Below, piece after piece: positions 23,637-29,034 of a stretch of DNA of 29,034 bases. The stretch is taken from assembly GCA_016840465.1 (NCBI GenBank), contig JAEOSH010000022.1, forward strand, positions 1-29,034, written 5' to 3'. Every line of letters begins with the position of its first letter. The stretch's first letter is position 1. The translations under genes were made by a program, and so were the position numbers. The stretch is from Candidatus Baldrarchaeum yapensis (lineage in GTDB: Archaea > Asgardarchaeota > Baldrarchaeia > Baldrarchaeales > Baldrarchaeaceae). The notes under the pieces are model-generated. The model saw only the letters and a list, made by a program, of their open reading frames with translations, had not been told where the DNA came from and searched no databases.

Positions 23637-25214
23637 ATGAAAGAATCTTCGATCATGGAGGAACTTAAGAGCCTCACCGCAAGGCTCAAAATGGAAATAG
23701 GGAAGCAGATTCTAACCTCTTACCCCGTTATACCCCCTTACGCCTATGTCGTAATATATAATGACCCTGCGACCGGAAGAAAGTTCTACGAGGTCGTAGA
23801 ACCCCCGCTCAATGAAGACGAAAACCAGAAACTCAGGCTCATCTCAAATATACTGATGAACGAAATAGATGTGGAGTTCTCCGAACTCACAACAAAGGAG
23901 GAGAGGGCAAGCTACCTCAAGAAGAAGGTCCAGGAGATAATAAAGAAGTACAGGATCCCCGTCTCCGAAGAATCCCTCAAAAAGATACTGTACTACGTCG
24001 AGAGGGACTTCGCCGGCCTCGGAAAAATAGAACCCCTCATGTGCGACGACGAAATAGAAGACATCAGCTGTGACGGTCCCGGAATCCCCGTGTACGTCTG
24101 GCACCGAAGATACGAGTCCATGCCCACAAACGTAATATTCGAATCCGCAGAGGAGTTGGACGCCTTCGTCATAAAACTCGCCCAGCGTTGCGGAAAGTAC
24201 ATCTCGATAGCGCAACCCCTCCTCGACGCATCCCTACCCGACGGATCCCGTGTCCAGATAACCTTCCAGAAGGAGGTAACCCTCAGGGGTAGCACCTTCA
24301 CAATAAGAAAGTTCAGGAGAGACCCCTTCACGATCGTCGACCTGATAAAACTGGGCACCCTTTCCAGCGAAATGGCCGCATACTACTGGCTGTGCATAGA
24401 GAACAGAATGTCAATACTGGTGGCGGGAGGAGTCGCCGCCGGAAAGACAACACTCCTCAATTGCCTCGCGATGTTCATACCCCCGGACTTTAAGATAGTC
24501 TCAATTGAGGACACCCCCGAACTCAACCTCCCAACCGAGCACTGGATACAGTCGGTCGCAAGGCCCGGTTACGGGGAGAAAACACCAACCGGAGAGAGAA
24601 GAGGAGAAATATCAATGTTCGAACTCCTGAAGGCAGCCGTGAGGCAGAGACCCGATTACATAATCGTGGGAGAGATACGTGGAGAAGAGGCATACGTCAT
24701 GTTCCAAGCAATGGCAACCGGGCACCTCGGTATGGCGACAATCCACGCCGAGGACTACTATGCGGTTATAAACAGGCTACAAAGCCGCCCCATGAACATA
24801 CCTAAGAGCTTACTGGTGACTCTGGATCTAATCGCAATTCAGAGAAAGGTGCGCACAAAAGATGGACGCATGGCCCGTAAAAACATAAAGATACATGAAA
24901 TAGTCGGCCTCGACCAAACCAGCGATGAACTCCTCCAGAACGTGGTTTATGAATGGGACGCCATCGAAGACGAATTCAAGTACACCGGACGAAGTTACAA
25001 ACTCGAAGCAATTATGAAGACTCGCGGAATGAGTGAAACCGAAGTATTCGATGAACTTGAAAGGAGAAGGACCGTCCTCGAGTGGATGGTTGCTAAAAAC
25101 ATAAGAAGATACGTAGACGTCGCAAGCATCATCAGAAAGTACTACGCGGATCCCGACAGGGTCTACATGACCGCCGTCCGGGAACTCGGTAGCGCGCCCG
25201 GAGGAAAATCCTAA
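23637..25214 (+). CDS. Type IV pilus/archaellum-family assembly ATPase (VirB11/ArlI/PilB-like)
   Basis: IEDISCDG, LLDASLPDGSR, FTIRKF, GGVAAGKTT, IEDTPEL, RQRPDYIIVGEIRG, MATGH, TIHA. Confidence 0.95.
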   Translation: MKESSIMEELKSLTARLKMEIGKQILTSYPVIPPYAYVVIYNDPATGRKFYEVVEPPLNEDENQKLRLISNILMNEIDVEFSELTTKEERASYLKKKVQEIIKKYRIPVSEESLKKILYYVERDFAGLGKIEPLMCDDEIEDISCDGPGIPVYVWHRRYESMPTNVIFESAEELDAFVIKLAQRCGKYISIAQPLLDASLPDGSRVQITFQKEVTLRGSTFTIRKFRRDPFTIVDLIKLGTLSSEMAAYYWLCIENRMSILVAGGVAAGKTTLLNCLAMFIPPDFKIVSIEDTPELNLPTEHWIQSVARPGYGEKTPTGERRGEISMFELLKAAVRQRPDYIIVGEIRGEEAYVMFQAMATGHLGMATIHAEDYYAVINRLQSRPMNIPKSLLVTLDLIAIQRKVRTKDGRMARKNIKIHEIVGLDQTSDELLQNVVYEWDAIEDEFKYTGRSYKLEAIMKTRGMSETEVFDELERRRTVLEWMVAKNIRRYVDVASIIRKYYADPDRVYMTAVRELGSAPGGKS

Positions 25215-26068
25215 TGCTTGAAAAACTGATGACCCTCAGCTATCTCTGGATAGGAAGAAGACTGGAAAAGAAGTTCAATGAGAACAGTTGGCTAACAAGA
25301 ATGCTCGAAAGAGCCGCCATAAGAATAAGCCCCGCAACGTACGCAGGCACCGCAATCCTCGTAAGCCTAATAACGTTACTGGGCGCTGCAGTACCCTTAT
25401 CCTTGATACTCCTCCTAGTGTTCAATTTAGGAATACTTTCCCTTCTACCTCTGTTGTTCTGGGTCCCGATACCTCTAGGGTTTCTCGCATACCCCTTCTT
25501 TAGGCAGGCGGGACGCAAGGAAAAAATAGATGGGGCACTGCCCTTCGCCGCCGGGTACATGTCAGTACTCGCAAGCGTCGGAATACCCCCTGACAAACTC
25601 TTTGAATCTCTAGCAAGGCAAAACTTAGGAGAAGTATCGGAAGAGGCGAAGATGATCGTCAGGGATATGTACTTCTTAGGGCTGGACTTCCTGTCCGCCA
25701 TCAAGAGGGCCGCCGACAGAACACCCTCCAGCACCTTCAGAGATTTCCTCGACGGAATAAGAGTAACACTGCTGAGCGGAGGGTCCCTCGCACGATACCT
25801 CGAGGAGCAAACCGTGAGCCTAATGAAACTCAGAGAGGAAAAGGAGAGGGAGTTCATAAAATCCCTGGGAATATTCGGGGAAATGTACGTAGTGCTGGTC
25901 GTTCTAGCACCCCTGCTGTTCATAGTGCTCCTCATATTCCTCGGATCATCCGCCGGAATCCCAATACCCCTCCCCGTGTTGCTGATGCTGATAGCCTACT
26001 TCCTAATTCCCCTCGCCGGAATAATCGTCATAACCCTGCTCGAAATGTCAATGCCGAAGGGTGAATGA
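25214..26068 (+). CDS. Type IV pilus membrane platform protein (TadC/ArlJ/T2SSF-like) 1
   Basis: KIDGALPFAAGYM...G, RAADRTPSSTFRDFLDG...GGSL..YL, plus TM helices. TAATG overlap with the ATPase. Confidence 0.92.
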   Translation: MLEKLMTLSYLWIGRRLEKKFNENSWLTRMLERAAIRISPATYAGTAILVSLITLLGAAVPLSLILLLVFNLGILSLLPLLFWVPIPLGFLAYPFFRQAGRKEKIDGALPFAAGYMSVLASVGIPPDKLFESLARQNLGEVSEEAKMIVRDMYFLGLDFLSAIKRAADRTPSSTFRDFLDGIRVTLLSGGSLARYLEEQTVSLMKLREEKEREFIKSLGIFGEMYVVLVVLAPLLFIVLLIFLGSSAGIPIPLPVLLMLIAYFLIPLAGIIVITLLEMSMPKGE

Positions 26069-27065
26069 AATGCCCCTCGCGAGACTCTTCACCAAATCGG
26101 AAAAGGAGAAAATATGGGTCCTCTCACTAGTAATATCCATCGCGGTCTTCACCGGCATATGCATGCACTCGGCCGCACCCCAAAACGTATTGTCCGCACT
26201 GCAAGAGTCCGGAATGTCAATCCAATACTTGCTTAGGAGTCCTGATAGCTCCATCGCCCAGAAATTCCTAAAAGGACTGCAAGATATGACCCTCGCCCTA
26301 CTCGTATCACTACTGGCAATGCTGACACCCCTCGCAATAATGTACACCATGGAAGACCGGTGGATCGACGGAGTGGACGAGAAAATCGCAGCCCTGCTAA
26401 GGGACCTATCTGACAGCATGTCCGCCGGAATATCAATATCACAAGCCCTAATAATGACCTCCAAGGGTCAAGGATTCGGAATCCTCAACGAACCCCTCAG
26501 AAAACTCGCTGTAAGAGTATCATGGGGCGTACCGTTCACAGAAGCAATAAGGGACTTCGCAAACTCCCTCGGCACACCGCTCTCCAAACGTCTGGAAGGA
26601 ATAATCATAGAAGCTTATAGATGCGGCGGAAACGTCGAGGAAATATTCTCAACCGCCGCAGAACACATAAGCAAACTGTGGGAACTCAAAAGAACAAGAA
26701 GAGGAGAAGTCCGCCCCTTCATGTTCACAATCTACATAGCCTTCTTCGTCTTCCTAATAATAACACTAATATTCGCAAAAATCCTCTTCCCCATCCTCAG
26801 CCAAATGAGCTCCCTCGCCGCCATGGGAGCAGGAGGGGGCACCGCTGGAGCCACGCTAACCGCGATATCAGAGGCGGAAGTCAAATTCGCAAACATTATC
26901 CTCTTCCACGCCGTGATACTAGAAGGACTGGTCGGAGGACTCGTAATAGGAAAAACCATACGCGGTCGTATCACCAGCGGCTTCCTCCACGCACTGATAA
27001 TGTTAATAATAGGAGTAGTATTCTACATATTGATGTTCGTGGCTCAGCTCCAGTTCGTGTGGTGA
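26061..27065 (+). CDS. Type IV pilus membrane platform protein (TadC/ArlJ/T2SSF-like) 2
   Basis: LLRDLSDSMSAGISISQAL, FGILNEPL, SWGVPF, AYRCGGNVEE, VIGKTIRG..SG.LHAL. Confidence 0.92.
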   Translation: MNEMPLARLFTKSEKEKIWVLSLVISIAVFTGICMHSAAPQNVLSALQESGMSIQYLLRSPDSSIAQKFLKGLQDMTLALLVSLLAMLTPLAIMYTMEDRWIDGVDEKIAALLRDLSDSMSAGISISQALIMTSKGQGFGILNEPLRKLAVRVSWGVPFTEAIRDFANSLGTPLSKRLEGIIIEAYRCGGNVEEIFSTAAEHISKLWELKRTRRGEVRPFMFTIYIAFFVFLIITLIFAKILFPILSQMSSLAAMGAGGGTAGATLTAISEAEVKFANIILFHAVILEGLVGGLVIGKTIRGRITSGFLHALIMLIIGVVFYILMFVAQLQFVW

Positions 27066-27070
27066 ACACG

Positions 27071-27742
27071 ATGTCCTTCCTCAAAAAGAAAAATGAAGGT
27101 AGGGGGACCGTAGGGGTAGAACAGGCACTCTCCATGATGATCGACCTCCTCAAAGCAATCATCGATAAACTCGAGGATTATAAGGTCCTCCAAACCTCAT
27201 GCCACTCCGAAATAAAAAGCCTCAGGGAAAACCTCGCATCCATACCGTCCGTCGGCCCGGGCGTGGCGTTCAGAGAAGAAATCGACGAAATAAAGAGCAA
27301 AATAGATGAACTCTCATCCCGGCAAAACTCAATAGAAAAAGCCGTGGAGCAATTAACGTCCGAACTCGCAGAAATAAAATCAATGCAATCATCAATGATG
27401 TCCGAAATGGAAGGAATTAAATCCTCACCCGCCCACTCGCCCGAACTCGAACAACTGATAAATGAACTATCCTCACGGCAGGAATCCCTCGAAAACTCCA
27501 TAAACAACCTGATGGGAGAAATCAAAGAGATAAAGGAGAAAATAACCCGCCTCGAAAGCATAGATAAAGCCGCCTCCCTGCTTGAAGAAGCACTGCACCT
27601 CCTCGACCTCCCAACATTCTTGGCCCAAACCACTCAAAAACTGGACGAAATATCGAAACGTTTAGAGAGACTGGAAGCCCAAAAAGCCCCAGCAGTGCCG
27701 GAGGAAACGGAAAGTGAGCAAACTGCCGAGGAAATTGTTTAA
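27071..27742 (+). CDS. Cytoplasmic coiled-coil accessory protein in the pilus operon (223 aa)
   Basis: The real gene is the 3' part of track ORF 26621-27742, starting MSFLKKK at ATG 27071. Heptad pattern with an internal repeat IDELSSRQNSIE / INELSSRQESLE. Confidence 0.75.
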   Translation: MSFLKKKNEGRGTVGVEQALSMMIDLLKAIIDKLEDYKVLQTSCHSEIKSLRENLASIPSVGPGVAFREEIDEIKSKIDELSSRQNSIEKAVEQLTSELAEIKSMQSSMMSEMEGIKSSPAHSPELEQLINELSSRQESLENSINNLMGEIKEIKEKITRLESIDKAASLLEEALHLLDLPTFLAQTTQKLDEISKRLERLEAQKAPAVPEETESEQTAEEIV

Positions 27743-28583
27743 GCTCAGAAGAGCAATAAGCTATGTAACATCAGTCGCACTAATCCTTAGTATAAGTATA
27801 GTCGCAATCACATGGGTCTACATGGCAATCCAACCATACGCACAAGCCGAAACCGCAAGAATAGAAATATCAAGAGCAATCACATGGATCGAAACCATCG
27901 GAGAAAAATCAAAATCAATAATAACACAAGGCATCAACGCAAGCGCGGCCGTTGACATCTATCTGACGAGCGGGCACCTAAAACTCATCCCGCGGGCAGA
28001 TAATTACTCAATATACGTAAATAACGGCACCAGAAATATAGCACTCGTAAACAACGCATACATTTCACACATCACAATCGCCACCAAAACCCCCATGAGA
28101 ATGCTATCAGGCTACCGAATACTTAAAGGAGGAAACTACCACTTCCTCAACGCGACAATGAGCGGCGACAGAGAATGGTACCACGTCATAGAAAAACAAA
28201 CAGCCCCAGACTACCACTACGTATTCCTGAGGTTTAAAATTCTTGTACAAAACATAACCTATACGGACCCCAGCGGGCAATCAATAACACACATAACAAT
28301 TTTAATTGTAAACTTCACGTCTCCCTTCACCCACGTCGGCATGACCGGACAGTTCCGCCTCACAATTAGGTACTCGACAATGGAACTGTTGCAAGCATAT
28401 GAAGAAAGAACCCCGGCGGGACAGCAAAAAACGTATAAGATCCTGATATACGGACACGATAACATAACAGAATCGGATTTCTCAGAAACCGCTGCCCAAC
28501 TGACAATTAACGGCGGAACTAATGGCGCCCTGATACGTATATATGTCTATCTGATATCATTAGAAATTGGAGTTGTTGACTAA
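27714..28583 (+). CDS. Pilin-like protein with class III signal peptide
   Basis: KLRRA|ISYVTSVALILSISIVAI fits the [KR][GA]|hydrophobic prepilin-peptidase site. Seven N-x-S/T sequons. Alternative start TTG 27735. Confidence 0.8.
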   Translation: MSKLPRKLFKLRRAISYVTSVALILSISIVAITWVYMAIQPYAQAETARIEISRAITWIETIGEKSKSIITQGINASAAVDIYLTSGHLKLIPRADNYSIYVNNGTRNIALVNNAYISHITIATKTPMRMLSGYRILKGGNYHFLNATMSGDREWYHVIEKQTAPDYHYVFLRFKILVQNITYTDPSGQSITHITILIVNFTSPFTHVGMTGQFRLTIRYSTMELLQAYEERTPAGQQKTYKILIYGHDNITESDFSETAAQLTINGGTNGALIRIYVYLISLEIGVVD

Positions 28584-28600
28584 AAAGCTGAGGGTCGAAA

Positions 28601-29034
28601 ATGCATGAGGTCGTGGGATATGCTCTCCTCATGTTCATCGCAGTGGCAATCGTCAGCGCATGTGCAATAACCTCCTACACTCTGCAGTCCTCAATCGCCA
28701 GAGAAACCCTCCTCCTCGAATCCGAACGAATAGTAAACTACGTCATTGACGAAATCCTCCACGGATACTCCCTCGTATCATCATCACCGACCGCTCGGGT
28801 AACAATAACCCTCGACCTCCCCACAAATATCCGTGGATACACCTACATCCTGAAACTCGGATCCTCGGACGGAACACACACCGTCGCCCTCACAATACCC
28901 GATAGAAACTTGACCGTAAACAAAACAATCGTGAATTCCCTTCCTCAAAACCTGATCCTCGACGGTGAACTCAGAAGCTCCGAACTATCATGGTCTCAAG
29001 CTTATCTAATAATCACTTCCTCCGTAATAACCCT
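28601..29034 (+). CDS. Pilin-like protein, runs off the window end
   Basis: Manual translation: MHEVVGYALLMFIAVAIVSACAITSYTLQSSIARETLLLESERIVNYVIDEILHGYSL...LDLPTNIRGYTYILKL... Open to 29034. GAGGG 8 nt upstream; in-frame TGA at 28589 fixes the start. Confidence 0.75.
   Translation, partial: MHEVVGYALLMFIAVAIVSACAITSYTLQSSIARETLLLESERIVNYVIDEILHGYSLVSSSPTARVTITLDLPTNIRGYTYILKLGSSDGTHTVALTIPDRNLTVNKTIVNSLPQNLILDGELRSSELSWSQAYLIITSSVIT

Noticed and set aside
26621-27070. Arg-rich 150-aa N-terminal part of track ORF 26621-27742
   Set aside because: An alternate frame inside the second TadC gene. The real protein begins at ATG 27071.

Overview
Archaeal chromosomal window. The GGTGA/GGAGG ribosome-binding motifs, TATA-type promoters, C/D-box sRNAs and E/K/R/I/V-rich proteins suggest a thermophile; a TACK/Asgard-type lineage is a guess only. 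Left to right: a partial coiled-coil-repeat/PD-(D/E)xK-type gene (-); an IS607-family element with a frameshifted serine-recombinase tnpA, an intact tnpB and a structured right end; an M20 peptidase; a zinc-ribbon/TM2 membrane protein; a box C/D sRNA; a gatC-gatA-[gatB::aspS] operon in which GatB is fused in frame to a complete non-discriminating-type AspRS; a second C/D sRNA candidate (-); a decayed DDE transposase; a second zinc-ribbon/TM2 protein; a second M20 peptidase with two small upstream genes; HAD, cupin and DHH proteins; a TrmA/RumA m5U methyltransferase; a wHTH::AbiEii-like nucleotidyltransferase fusion; a PAP2-like membrane protein; a ThDP enzyme; a degenerate KaiC-like ATPase coupled to a 634-aa coiled-coil protein; and the start of a type IV pilus operon (ATPase, two TadC/ArlJ-type platforms, a coiled-coil protein, two pilin-like genes). 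The most striking item is the GatB-AspRS fusion, a candidate covalent Asn-transamidosome. All family calls come from motif recognition by eye; no database search was run.
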